Shown here piece after piece: positions 50,666 to 60,512 of a stretch of 64,000 bases of DNA. The notes under the pieces are model-generated. The model worked only from the letters and a program-made list of their open reading frames with translations, was not told the origin of the DNA and made no database searches. The stretch is from positions 1,184,001 to 1,248,000 of the forward strand of contig OZ244732.1 in assembly GCA_965219345.1 (NCBI GenBank), in the 5' to 3' direction. Source of the stretch: Nitrosopumilus sp. (lineage in GTDB: Archaea > Thermoproteota > Nitrososphaeria > Nitrososphaerales > Nitrosopumilaceae). A program made the translations under genes and the position numbers. Every line of letters starts with the position of its first letter. The first letter of the stretch is position 1.

Positions 50666-50805
50666 CTTACACGTTCCTTATTCCAATATGGGGAATTGCA
50701 TTTCTTATTGTTACAGTTCTTTGGTGATTCATTTCTGCTATACCATATTTCACTGCATCTGTTACACTCATGTCTCCAATATGCACCATCTACTTTCATA
50801 CTCAT
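50662..50805 (-). CDS. Small Zn-finger protein (47 aa; not in the ORF track)
   Basis: MSMKVDGAYWRHECNRCSEIWYSRNESPKNCNNKKCNSPYWNKERVR; its stop overlaps the MTase ATG (ATGA). Confidence 0.75.
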   Translation of the reverse strand: MSMKVDGAYWRHECNRCSEIWYSRNESPKNCNNKKCNSPYWNKERVR

Positions 50806-50924
50806 ATCGATACCGTAAATTCATCATTATATAATCATTTACTACATATAGCCAAAAAGTATAGTATATATGTAGGTAAAAAATATAGTATGATATGAAA
50901 TGTGTAATGATGAAAAATAAAATC

Positions 50925-51250
50925 AAAGGCATGGAAAAATAACTACAAGGCAAAAAATCCACTTTGGAAAGACACTGAACATGTCAGACACATTCACATG
51001 AAAGGTGACAAAAACAATAATCGCGTGGAACGTTTGAACGGTACAATCAGGGACAGGGAAGTCTCATACAGGGGGATAAAGAAAATGAAGTCCACTCTTT
51101 GCAGGATTTCAGACATTCTACAATTTCTCAAAGAAGCATGGAGGTATAGGCAAAAAGACACCAGCTGAGATGGCAGATATTCTAGTTGATGGGAATAACA
51201 AGTGGAAGACCGTAATCCAAAATGCCAGTCTAAACAAAAATTACGTCTAG
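50925..51250 (+). pseudogene. C-terminal remnant of an IS6-like transposase
   Basis: HVRHIHMKGDKNNNRVERLNGTIRDRE..RG.KKM, frameshift near 51100, then YNF..KH....KTPAE.A...VDG.NKWKTVIQNASL; homologous to the transposase at 34938-36056. Confidence 0.88.
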
Positions 51251-51290
51251 GCATAGAAACTTTTTATTTAGTAGTTTGACTAATAAAAAT

Positions 51291-51383
51291 GGGCTTAAGT
51301 CCCTCTCTGTCTTGGTCGTTGTGGTTCGCTATCACAATATAGACAGTAAAAAATGAAGCCTTATACCCCGCATGGCATAAGGT
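51291..51383 (+). ncRNA. Candidate structured RNA (three hairpins) between the transposase remnant and the tRNA
   Basis: GGGC/GTCC; CTGTCT..TTGTGGT/ATCACAA..AGACAG; GCCTTAT/ATAAGGT; TATA-like TTTTTATTTA at ~51261. Confidence 0.4.
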
Positions 51384-51416
51384 GGATTTTTATTATTTTT
51401 AATTTTTCAAATCTTT

Positions 51417-51498
51417 GCTACGATACGCAAGCTCGGTATGCGGGGAGCCTCCTAAGCTTCTGCCATGCGGTTCGGGGGTTTAAATCCCTCTCGTAGCG
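51417..51498 (+). tRNA. Non-canonical tRNA, anticodon CCT, 13-nt variable arm, G73 (Arg anticodon, type II body)
   Basis: Acceptor GCTACGA/TCGTAGC+G; D stem CGCA/TGCG; anticodon arm GGAGC-CTCCTAA-GCTTC; variable arm GCC-ATGC-GGT; T arm GGGGG-TTTAAAT-CCCTC (C56 replaced by T). Confidence 0.8.
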
Positions 51499-51660
51499 TT
51501 GTTTTTCAATTCAGAGAAGATCCATGTTTCATTCTATATCCCCATAACTTAGCAGAACCACATTTTGAAATGGTATAATTAGATGAACTTTTTTTATTTT
51601 TTTACGAAAATGCATTATCTGCTAGCTAATATTGTTATTTATGCAAAAATCTAGTTAGTA

Positions 51661-52233
51661 ATGGCCCTAATCCCACTTCCTGTTGATATTTTCCAAGATC
51701 CCATAATTCAATTAATTGCAGTTCTGAGTGCTTGTGGAATTGGTATATTTCAAGGAATTATTTTAGGACGAGCTATTCTTGTGAGATTCCCACGCCTCCA
51801 AAATCATGTAAAGACTGTGTCTATTACTTTGTTTATCATATTTTTGGCAAATGCTATTTTGAGTGTTCCACGTTTTTCTTCTCCTGAAAAAATTGATCTC
51901 TCAAATATATCAGCAGGTAGTGCAAGCGAAGTTGCCTCCTCCATCTTTTTGATTTTTGGAATGAATACTGGATTTCTAACTGTACTAGCTATTTCTGTTA
52001 CTGTAATGACTTTTGTTCTTTTAAAATACACAAATATTCATGGGATATCCAGAGCATTTGTCTTCCTTTTTAGCGCTCTTATCCTACTTCTAACTGGTCT
52101 GAGCAGACTCACGGATCTTACACCTAGCTCATTTGAGGTACTTTTGTATTTTCTTTATCAGTTAGGGATTACAATTGGTATTCTAGCTGGCACAATCAGA
52201 AAGATTAAACCAAAAAAATTGGACTTGAAATAA
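51661..52233 (+). CDS. Multi-pass membrane protein
   Basis: About five TM segments; loosely resembles the protein at 23081-23767. Confidence 0.7.
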   Translation: MALIPLPVDIFQDPIIQLIAVLSACGIGIFQGIILGRAILVRFPRLQNHVKTVSITLFIIFLANAILSVPRFSSPEKIDLSNISAGSASEVASSIFLIFGMNTGFLTVLAISVTVMTFVLLKYTNIHGISRAFVFLFSALILLLTGLSRLTDLTPSSFEVLLYFLYQLGITIGILAGTIRKIKPKKLDLK

Positions 52234-52261
52234 TTTCAAACGTTTAAATCAGATTATCTTT

Positions 52262-52334
52262 GGGTTGATTATGACATCGAATTCAAACCGTTCGGGGAAC
52301 AAGCTGGCAGTCCATGCGTTGGACTGTCAGCCCC
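52262..52334 (+). ncRNA. Candidate small structured RNA between convergent genes
   Basis: 11-bp hairpin CTGGCAGTCCA/TGGACTGTCAG closed by GGGG/CCCC; TTTAAAT at ~52243. Confidence 0.4.
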
Positions 52335-52347
52335 ATTATTATAAAAT

Positions 52348-54120
52348 CTAATTCAATGATGATAGTGCTTTAACTTGCTCATCGACATAATCAAAACCTT
52401 CTTGCCAAAACTTTGGAGATCTGATATCAAATCCATATTCTGAGAGGAGTTTCTCTGGTTTCTTAGAGCCCCCTGCAGCAAGAATGTTGATGTATGACGG
52501 AACAAAGTCTTTTCCCTCTTTTTTATATCTCTGAAATAGAGATAGTGCAAGCAAATTTCCAAAAGAGTATGCATAGCAGTAAAATGGCGTATGATAAAAG
52601 TGGGGAATACAACTCCACTCTATTGCAAAGTCTTCAGAAAGGCTCACTGAATTCCCAAATTGTTCTTTAAGATTTTGTAGATATGTCTTTGAAATCTCAT
52701 CCATTGTAGTTCCTTTTCCAATCTGCTTATGAGCATCGACTTCAAAGATTGTGAAAAATGATTGTCTAAGAATTGTTGCATACAAATCATCAATTTTTTC
52801 TGATAATGCGATCTTTTTCTCATCATTCGAAATCTTGTCAGATAAATTGTCATACAATAACAACTCTGAAAAAGTAGATGCTGTCTCAGCTAAAGGCAAT
52901 GGAGCGTCTTGAACAAGAATTGATCTATCTTGTGCTGCTTGACTATGCACTGCATGACCCAATTCATGAGCTAAAGTAAAAACATCTCTTGACCTTCCTG
53001 TAAAGTTTACTAGGACATATGGTGTGATTTTTGGTGTAAGAGTACTGCAAAATGCACCCTCTCTTTTTCCTTGTCTTACAGACGAATCAATGTGATTCTC
53101 ATTGAAGACTTTTCTAGCAAATTCTTCTAGTGTTTCACTAAACTTTCCAAGTGATTCAAAAACTAGTTTTATAGATTTATTGTATGTGTAATTTTTTTCC
53201 TTGATGTTAGCTGCCGCTGGAGCATACAAATCATATCTTCTCAGCTTTTTCATTTTTAACATCTTCGCCTTTTGGACAAAAAACTTTTGAAAAATTGAGG
53301 AATTTTTTTTACAAACCGAAAGAAGAGATTCTATAGTTTTATCATCAATATCATTTCCAATATTTCTCATTGATATTGGAGTTTTGTATCCTCTTATTTC
53401 GATACCTTCATCCTTCCAATTAAGAACAATATTTTGATATATCTCGCCTACCACTCCTTTATTTTCGGCATATTTTGTAAGAATGGTTTTGTAGGCGGTC
53501 TCACGGATCTTTGGATTTGTACTTCGGACGTAGTTTGTAAGTTCTTCTCTTGTCATCGTTTTATTTTTATTTCCTACTTTCATTTTGTATTCATAGGCAT
53601 TAGTTATCTTGTCATACAGTTTTACAAGTGCAGATATGCCTGTAACATCTAATGTGTTGATAATTCTCTCTTCAGGTTCACTAAGAGCATATTTTGCAAA
53701 TAGTCTTTTACGTGACAAATATTCTGTGAGTTCTCCTGCATCTTTCATGAGTCTTTTTGCATTTTTTTTGTTTACTTGTGTTTTCCACCATAAATCAAAA
53801 AATAAAATCTTGTTAGAGATCTCAGAACCTAGTTTTGACATCTGAGTCATTAGGGATGTTGCTTCATCTGATTGGGTATCTGAAGAGTATGACAATGATG
53901 CATATCCGCCAATCTTACTCATCTTCTCAGACATTTCTTCAACTTGGTGTAGAATATCCATGAATTTTTTGGAAGACATTTTGGGGTCTAGTTTTGATTT
54001 TATCTTTTCAAACTTACTTGCTTGCAATTCTAATTTCTGAATCTGTTTTTGAAATGCTGGGCCCTTTGGGTTCTTTGTCAATTCTGAAAGATCCCATCTC
54101 CCAAGTTGAGTTTCTGACAT
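52348..54120 (-). CDS. pepF: Oligoendopeptidase F (M3B family)
   Basis: WDLS, GK..GAFC, HELGHAVH, AETAS, W..IPHFY..PFY.YAY. Confidence 0.92.
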   Translation of the reverse strand: MSETQLGRWDLSELTKNPKGPAFQKQIQKLELQASKFEKIKSKLDPKMSSKKFMDILHQVEEMSEKMSKIGGYASLSYSSDTQSDEATSLMTQMSKLGSEISNKILFFDLWWKTQVNKKNAKRLMKDAGELTEYLSRKRLFAKYALSEPEERIINTLDVTGISALVKLYDKITNAYEYKMKVGNKNKTMTREELTNYVRSTNPKIRETAYKTILTKYAENKGVVGEIYQNIVLNWKDEGIEIRGYKTPISMRNIGNDIDDKTIESLLSVCKKNSSIFQKFFVQKAKMLKMKKLRRYDLYAPAAANIKEKNYTYNKSIKLVFESLGKFSETLEEFARKVFNENHIDSSVRQGKREGAFCSTLTPKITPYVLVNFTGRSRDVFTLAHELGHAVHSQAAQDRSILVQDAPLPLAETASTFSELLLYDNLSDKISNDEKKIALSEKIDDLYATILRQSFFTIFEVDAHKQIGKGTTMDEISKTYLQNLKEQFGNSVSLSEDFAIEWSCIPHFYHTPFYCYAYSFGNLLALSLFQRYKKEGKDFVPSYINILAAGGSKKPEKLLSEYGFDIRSPKFWQEGFDYVDEQVKALSSLN

Positions 54121-54225
54121 TTTATATTCATACTTTTTATACATCCTTATGTATGATTACCTAATTTCGCAACTTCATCGATACCATAGCATGTTTTTAT
54201 ATTACAGAATAATGTGATCATGTGC

Positions 54226-54564
54226 ATGCCATTTAAAAGAAAATTTTCTTTTCTTAGCATATCTTTCGGTGTAATTTTAGCACTTTTGTTATTCGTTTCA
54301 CCTTCAGCATTTGCTGCAGAAGAAAGCTCGTCAGACGGTTCAGATTTGACGAAACCCATGTTGGCTATAGCTGCTGCCATTGCAATAGCTGGTGGTTTGA
54401 TAGGTACTGGAAATGCACAACAGGGAATAGGTGCTGCCGGTATGGGAATTATTGCAGAAAAACCTGAGAAGTTTGGTCAAGTGCTATTTTTCTTTGTAAT
54501 TCCAGAAACACTTTGGATCATTGGCTTCGTTTTAGGAATTATCTTATTGCTTGATATACTCTAG
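54226..54564 (+). CDS. atpK: V/A-type ATPase proteolipid subunit K (c) with N-terminal leader
   Basis: GTG.AQQGIGAAG.G.IAEKPE.F...IPETLW. Confidence 0.92.
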   Translation: MPFKRKFSFLSISFGVILALLLFVSPSAFAAEESSSDGSDLTKPMLAIAAAIAIAGGLIGTGNAQQGIGAAGMGIIAEKPEKFGQVLFFFVIPETLWIIGFVLGIILLLDIL

Positions 54565-54573
54565 GAAGGTACT

Positions 54574-55131
54574 ATGAGCATAGATATCTTCTTAGATGAA
54601 ATAGAAAGTAGGAAAAAAAAAGAAATCAATGATCTCGACAAAGAATTCGATGATAAAAAATCAGAAGCTGAAATAAAAAAAAACACAACTATAAAAGAAC
54701 TTGAAGAACATTATTCAAAGGAAGCAAAAACAAAATCTGAGAAAGAAGCATCAAAAATAGTTGAAGCTGGAAAGTTAGAAGCAAAGAAGATCTTGTTTGA
54801 CGCAATCAACCAAAATCTAGATTCTACATTTGATAAGATAAAACAAGAACTTGGTAACTATGCCCAAACTTCAGAATATAACAAAAAATTACAGAAAATG
54901 GCTGAAACTGCAAAAAATACATTGGGTGATAGTATAGTAATTCATTGTAGGGAAGAAGATAAGGCTGTCTTTGGCAGCCAAGATATCACTATTGGTTCCC
55001 CGATTCAAATCTTAGGTGGATTAGTAGCTGAAAACAACGATGGCACAAAGGAACTGGATCTTACATTTGAAGAGTTACTGCGAACTCATGAAGATGAAAT
55101 TAAAACTACAATTTTGGAGAAGATACTGTAA
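54574..55131 (+). CDS. atpE: V/A-type ATPase subunit E
   Basis: Coiled-coil N-terminus, ILGG, DLTFE; operon position. Confidence 0.85.
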   Translation: MSIDIFLDEIESRKKKEINDLDKEFDDKKSEAEIKKNTTIKELEEHYSKEAKTKSEKEASKIVEAGKLEAKKILFDAINQNLDSTFDKIKQELGNYAQTSEYNKKLQKMAETAKNTLGDSIVIHCREEDKAVFGSQDITIGSPIQILGGLVAENNDGTKELDLTFEELLRTHEDEIKTTILEKIL

Positions 55132-56195
55132 TGGGGGCTTCACCATATTCATCTTCTTTTGGCAGATTACAGTCAATATCCATAAGTTTTCTTAAACCAG
55201 AATTTTTGGAAAGCCTTCTAAAGGCAACCGATGTAAATGAGATGATCAAGCTTTTAGAGCCAACCTGGTATGGTGAGAAGATTAAAAAATATGCTTCAGT
55301 CTATCAAGGTACAGAACTTTTAGAAGTGGCACTTAACCGTCATCTGGTTGAAATTAATAGAATTATTTTGGAATCAGCACCCTATAATGGAAAAAACGTT
55401 GTTCGGGCTTATTTGGCAAAGTGGGATCTCTATAACATTGAACTAATTCTTTCTTCTAAAATGATGGGCAGAACCATCACAGAAACAGAGTCATTGTTGG
55501 TTTCTAGTCGTAATGTGCCTGCAGGAATTGCGGCTGGTAACATTCCACTTGATGAAATTAAGATTATACTTTCCGAAGCAGATGTTGGTGGTGTCGTTAA
55601 TAAACTTACGAAATATGATTATGGCGTGGTATTGATGAAACACATAGACGAATTCCAAAAGACAGGTGATCTAGGACCAATGATGTCTGCTTTACATGAA
55701 TCATATTATCAAAAGTTACTAGAGTCATTAAAATTCTTTCAAGGTGATGAAGGTCCTATTAGAGAATTATTCCGTGCTGAGATAGACAAGAAAAATATTC
55801 TAAACCTTCTGAAGGCAAAAGAGTCCAACGTTGAAAAAGAAGTACTAGCAAGACATCTTGTTGAGGGAGGACGAATAACTTCAAAGGAATTAACTGAAAT
55901 TTATGAAGTTAAAGATGTTACAGAAATCATAGGAAGAATAGAACCCTTCTTTAAAATAAGTGAGTCATTAGAACAGTATGAGACCTCGAAAAACTTGATT
56001 GATTTTGAAGTAGCTATTACAAAATTTATCAATATTACATATGTAAGGAAATTAAAAAATATTGCACTTTCTATTGGTACTATTTTCTATTTTATCATTA
56101 ACGCTGAATATGAACATGAAAATCTTAAAAGAATTTCATATGGAAAACGATACAATCTTTCAATTGATAAGATTAAGGAGCTGTTACTAACTTGA
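55131..56195 (+). CDS. atpC: V/A-type ATPase subunit C (d)
   Basis: WDLYNI, EIDKKN, E..NL..I..GK. Confidence 0.88.
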   Translation: MGASPYSSSFGRLQSISISFLKPEFLESLLKATDVNEMIKLLEPTWYGEKIKKYASVYQGTELLEVALNRHLVEINRIILESAPYNGKNVVRAYLAKWDLYNIELILSSKMMGRTITETESLLVSSRNVPAGIAAGNIPLDEIKIILSEADVGGVVNKLTKYDYGVVLMKHIDEFQKTGDLGPMMSALHESYYQKLLESLKFFQGDEGPIRELFRAEIDKKNILNLLKAKESNVEKEVLARHLVEGGRITSKELTEIYEVKDVTEIIGRIEPFFKISESLEQYETSKNLIDFEVAITKFINITYVRKLKNIALSIGTIFYFIINAEYEHENLKRISYGKRYNLSIDKIKELLLT

Positions 56196-56548
56196 GTGAA
56201 CAAACATCAAAACAAAAAACCGATGCAACAGGTAGATTGGCCATTGTAGGTGAACGTGAACTCGCAATTGGGTATCGTCTAATTGGGATAGATGATACAT
56301 TTATTGTAAATGATGAAGAAGCAAGTAAAAAAATTCAAGAACTATACTCCTCTGGAGAATTTGGTTTAATCATCGCCAGTGACTCAGTACGATCTAAAAT
56401 TCCATCTAAATTTCTGTCAGAAATTGAGGGTTCAATTGAACCATTAGTATTATTTTTACCATCTCTAAAAGAAACTACCGAAGAAGACAAAGAATCAATC
56501 GCCGCATTAGCAAAACGCGTACTGGGAATAAATATAGAGGCAAGTTGA
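56192..56548 (+). CDS. atpF: V/A-type ATPase subunit F
   Basis: AIVGERE..IG.RL.G, AKRVLG. Confidence 0.88.
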   Translation: MSEQTSKQKTDATGRLAIVGERELAIGYRLIGIDDTFIVNDEEASKKIQELYSSGEFGLIIASDSVRSKIPSKFLSEIEGSIEPLVLFLPSLKETTEEDKESIAALAKRVLGINIEAS

Positions 56549-56555
56549 TGATAAT

Positions 56556-58319
56556 ATGGTTGATGCTTTAGTTTCAAGAATTTCTGGACCTGTTGTGGTA
56601 GGTAAGGGTCTTGGAGGCGCACAGATGTTTGACGTTGTTCGTATTGGTGAAATGGGTCTTGTGGGAGAAATCATTCGTTTAGAAGGAGATACTGCCCAAA
56701 TTCAAGTTTATGAGGACACTTCAGGCCTAAGACCTGGAGAAAAAATAGTAAATACAAACAAACCACTTTCTGTGCAACTTGGACCCGGATTACTAAAGTC
56801 AATTTATGATGGTATTCAAAGACCTTTGGATGTATTAAGAGAACAAAGTGGAGACTTTATCAGCAGAGGAAAAATTATTCCAGCTCTAGATCAAAAGAAA
56901 AAATGGGATTTTATTCCAATTAAGAAGAAAGGAGATAAAGTTTCTCCCGGTGAAATAATTGGTGAGGTTCAGGAAACCCCACTGATCAAACACAAAATTA
57001 TGATTCCACCTGATGTTTCTGGTGAACTTGTAGAAATTTCCGAAGGACAATTTACCGTTAACGATAATGTCGCAGCTGTAAAAAACGATAAGACAACTGA
57101 TATTGGGTTATCTAGTTGGTGGACAGTTCGAATACCAAGACCAGTTCTGAAAAAACTTCCTCCTGAAGAACCATTGATTACCGGTCAACGAGTTATTGAT
57201 ACATTTTTCCCAGTTGCTAAAGGCGGAACTGCTGCAATTCCTGGACCTTTTGGAAGTGGAAAAACAGTAACTCAACAACAGCTTGCAAAATGGGCTGACA
57301 GTGAAATAATTGTGTATATTGGCTGTGGTGAAAGAGGAAATGAAATGTGTGAAGTTCTAACTGAATTCCCTAAATTGATAGATCCAAAATCAAAACGACC
57401 TCTCATGGACCGAACCATTCTAGTTGCTAACACTAGTAACATGCCAGTAGCAGCAAGAGAAGCAAGTATCTATACTGGAATTACAATAGGCGAATATTAT
57501 CGTGATATGGGCTATGGTGTTGCACTTATGGCAGATAGTACTTCTAGATGGGCTGAAGCATTAAGAGAAATTTCAGGAAGATTGGAAGAAATGCCTGGTG
57601 AAGAAGGATATCCTGCATATCTTGGTAGGAGACTAGCAGAATTTTATGAAAGAAGTGGAAAAAGTATTGTTATTTCTCCTGAACAACGTCAGGGTTCTCT
57701 ATCTTTAATCGGTGCAGTTTCTCCACCTGGTGGAGATTTTTCAGAACCAGTTTCACAAAACACACTAAGAGTTACACGTGTCTTCTGGGCACTTGACGCA
57801 GGCTTGGCAAACCGAAGACACTTCCCATCAATCAACTGGTTGACTAGCTATTCTTTGTATGACAATGATTTGTCTGATTGGTACAAATCTAACGTTTCTA
57901 AGGACTGGGTTGATCTTAGAAAGGAAGCATTAGAAATCTTACAGAGAGAATCAGAATTACAAGAAATTGTTCAGTTGGTTGGATACGATGCGCTTCCTGA
58001 ACCCGAAAAAGGTGTTTTAGATACTGCTCGTTCAATTCGAGAAGATTACTTACAACAAAGTGCATTTGATGAAGTTGATACTTACACATCGATTGAGAAA
58101 CAATCCAAGATGTTAAAATACATTTTAGAATTTGGTAGGATGGAAGCTGATGCAATTAAGAAAGGAGTCTCTGCTGCCAAAGTATCTTCACTTGAATCAA
58201 GAGGAATGATACCTAAAATGAAATGGACAAAAGAAGAAGAACTAGAACAGTTAGTTAATGACATTCAATCTAAGATGAATCAAGAATTTGATAATCTTTC
58301 AAAGGAGGTTTCTGATTAA
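56556..58319 (+). CDS. atpA: V/A-type ATPase catalytic subunit A
   Basis: [40 protein letters not shown]. Confidence 0.97.
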   Translation: MVDALVSRISGPVVVGKGLGGAQMFDVVRIGEMGLVGEIIRLEGDTAQIQVYEDTSGLRPGEKIVNTNKPLSVQLGPGLLKSIYDGIQRPLDVLREQSGDFISRGKIIPALDQKKKWDFIPIKKKGDKVSPGEIIGEVQETPLIKHKIMIPPDVSGELVEISEGQFTVNDNVAAVKNDKTTDIGLSSWWTVRIPRPVLKKLPPEEPLITGQRVIDTFFPVAKGGTAAIPGPFGSGKTVTQQQLAKWADSEIIVYIGCGERGNEMCEVLTEFPKLIDPKSKRPLMDRTILVANTSNMPVAAREASIYTGITIGEYYRDMGYGVALMADSTSRWAEALREISGRLEEMPGEEGYPAYLGRRLAEFYERSGKSIVISPEQRQGSLSLIGAVSPPGGDFSEPVSQNTLRVTRVFWALDAGLANRRHFPSINWLTSYSLYDNDLSDWYKSNVSKDWVDLRKEALEILQRESELQEIVQLVGYDALPEPEKGVLDTARSIREDYLQQSAFDEVDTYTSIEKQSKMLKYILEFGRMEADAIKKGVSAAKVSSLESRGMIPKMKWTKEEELEQLVNDIQSKMNQEFDNLSKEVSD

Positions 58320-59722
58320 TGGCTAATGTTTCATTCAAATCACTTGACAAAGTTGCTGGGCCTTTGATATTTGTCAAAGGAGTAGACAACGCTGCTTACG
58401 GCGAAATGGTCGAAATAAAATTGCCCAATGGGGAAAGACGTCAGGGTCAAGTTTTAGATACAAGTCAGGGACTAGCTGTAGTTCAAGTATTTGGTTCAAC
58501 ACTAGGTCTAAACACTACTGGTACTTCCACAACATTTCTTGGAGAAACTGCCCAGTTAGCAGTTTCTGACGAAATGCTTGGAAGAGTATTTGATGGACTT
58601 GGAAATCCAAAAGATAATGGTCCAAAGATTGTATCAAAAGAAAAGTTTGATCTAGTAGGCGCAGGTATTAATCCATATTCTCGAGAAGAACCATCCGAAT
58701 TCATTCAAACAGGAATATCAAATATTGATGGAATGAATACGTTGGTAAGAGGTCAAAAACTACCAATATTTTCTGCATCTGGTCTTCCACATAACTTGCT
58801 TGCATCCCAAATAGCAAGACAAGCACAAGTTCTTGGAACTGAAGAAAAATTCTCTGTTGTTTTTGCAGCAATTGGAATCACAAGTGAGGAATCTAACTTT
58901 TTCATTAAACAATTTGAAGAAAGCGGATCATTAGAAAGAACTGCTTTGTTTCTTAACCTGTCTTCTGATCCTTCTATGGAACGTATCCTTACCCCTAGAC
59001 TTGCATTAACTACTGCAGAATATCTTGCCTACGAACGTGGAATGCATGTTCTAGTTATTATGACAGATATGACAAATTATTGTGAAGCATTAAGAGAAAT
59101 ATCTGCAGCACGAGAAGAGGTTCCCGGAAGAAGAGGCTATCCTGGATATCTTTACACTGACTTGTCTTCAATATTTGAACGTGCAGGAAAAATTAAAGGC
59201 AGAAGTGGTTCGGTGACACAATTACCAATTCTTACTATGCCGGCTGATGATATTACACATCCAATCCCTGATCTTACAGGTTACATTACTGAAGGTCAAA
59301 TTGTAATGAGTAGAGAGTTACATAGAGGAAACATTCAACCTCCGGTTGACGTTCTAACAAGTTTATCGCGTTTAATGAATTCGGGAATTGGTGAAGGAAG
59401 AACAAGAGAAGATCATAGACAACTTGCAGATCAACTTTATTCTGCATATGCACAAGGAAAAGATGCAAGAGCATTAGCTGCTATAGTTGGTGAGGGCGCC
59501 CTAAGTGATTTAGATAGAAAATTCCTTGACGTGGCAAATAACTTTGAACAAAAGTTTGTTAACCAAGGTTTAGATGAAAATCGTTCTATTGAACAAACAC
59601 TTTCAATTGGTTGGGATCTATTATCCGGTCTTTCAGAAACAGAACTGACTCGTATTAAACCTGAATTTATTGCAAAATATGCAAAGAAGACTAGTACTGG
59701 TGATACAACAAAATCAAAGTAG
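58319..59722 (+). CDS. atpB: V/A-type ATPase subunit B
   Basis: [44 protein letters not shown]. Confidence 0.97.
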   Translation: MANVSFKSLDKVAGPLIFVKGVDNAAYGEMVEIKLPNGERRQGQVLDTSQGLAVVQVFGSTLGLNTTGTSTTFLGETAQLAVSDEMLGRVFDGLGNPKDNGPKIVSKEKFDLVGAGINPYSREEPSEFIQTGISNIDGMNTLVRGQKLPIFSASGLPHNLLASQIARQAQVLGTEEKFSVVFAAIGITSEESNFFIKQFEESGSLERTALFLNLSSDPSMERILTPRLALTTAEYLAYERGMHVLVIMTDMTNYCEALREISAAREEVPGRRGYPGYLYTDLSSIFERAGKIKGRSGSVTQLPILTMPADDITHPIPDLTGYITEGQIVMSRELHRGNIQPPVDVLTSLSRLMNSGIGEGRTREDHRQLADQLYSAYAQGKDARALAAIVGEGALSDLDRKFLDVANNFEQKFVNQGLDENRSIEQTLSIGWDLLSGLSETELTRIKPEFIAKYAKKTSTGDTTKSK

Positions 59723-59732
59723 GTGATATGGG

Positions 59733-60398
59733 TTGACAATTGGTTCTGATATTCGTCCTACACGCCTTGAATACTTGCGTGCAAAAAAGCGAATAAAAAT
59801 TGCCCAAAAAGGATTGAAACTTTTAAAACTTAAACGTCAAGCACTGATTTTAGAATTTTTCAACATTAGCAAGTCATCCGCTAAATTGAGAGGCGAGCTA
59901 AACTCGGAACTTGTCAAAGGCTACCAAAGTATTCGAATGGCAGAAATGCTTGATGGTGAGATGAGGCTAGAAAATGAGGCAATGAAAATTCCACAACTAA
60001 AGAAACTGCTCATAACACCAAAAAACGTGATGGGAGTTAAAATTCCAAGACTGGAAGGCGGAACTAGGGAACAAGCTCTTACAGAATATTTGTTAGAAAT
60101 CCCAATTTCAATTAGCGAAGCTATGAAGGCATTTCAAGAAGTTCATAAGATAGTGTTAGATGTTGCAGAGAAAGAGACAACTTTACGAAAACTTCTCAAT
60201 GAAATAGAGAAAACAAAACGTAAGGCAAATGCAATTGAAAATGTCTTTATTCCAAGATTGGAAGAAGCCGTTAAATTTATTCTATTTAGATTGGGAGAAA
60301 TTGAACGCGAAACATTTGCTATGTTAAAGACTGTTAAGCGAAAGATTAGTGAAAGAGAAGAGCAAGCTAAAAAGGAGGCAGACATAGTTGCAAACTAA
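59733..60398 (+). CDS. atpD: V/A-type ATPase subunit D
   Basis: PTR.E, G.KLLK.KR.AL, NVMGV.IP, EI.KT.R..NAIE. Confidence 0.93.
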   Translation: MTIGSDIRPTRLEYLRAKKRIKIAQKGLKLLKLKRQALILEFFNISKSSAKLRGELNSELVKGYQSIRMAEMLDGEMRLENEAMKIPQLKKLLITPKNVMGVKIPRLEGGTREQALTEYLLEIPISISEAMKAFQEVHKIVLDVAEKETTLRKLLNEIEKTKRKANAIENVFIPRLEEAVKFILFRLGEIERETFAMLKTVKRKISEREEQAKKEADIVAN

Positions 60399-60512
60399 TT
60401 TTAAAAATCCTCAACAAAAAAAATTCTATTTTATAAAACGAGTAATTATGAGAGCTAATATCGTCATCGCAATTTTTGCCATTTTGTACTTTGCCAAAGA
60501 ACTTATGGGTGT

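Larger units (their letters stand above)
49178..51559. mobile_element. Non-autonomous IS6/IS240-like cargo transposon 'B' (2382 bp)
   Basis: Perfect 19-bp TIRs GGTTCTGCTAAGTTATGGG at 49178-49196 and reverse complement at 51541-51559; contains a transposase remnant. Confidence 0.88.

Noticed and set aside
50640-51254. ORF-track entries 50640..50834, 50768..50962 and 50994..51254
   Set aside because: They are shadow frames of the 47-aa Zn-finger gene, the AT-rich promoter region and the transposase remnant.
36106-51498. The two unusual tRNAs as integrase attachment sites
   Set aside because: Both lie inside TIR-bounded DDE elements. I saw no tyrosine or serine integrase and no duplicated tRNA 3' fragment.
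34890-51567. Target-site duplications for elements A and B
   Set aside because: The 8-bp flanks differ (A: ATTAAATT vs GACAATAG; B: CACTATGA vs ACATTTTG), so no TSD is claimed. This is compatible with IS6-type cointegrate formation or adjacent deletions.
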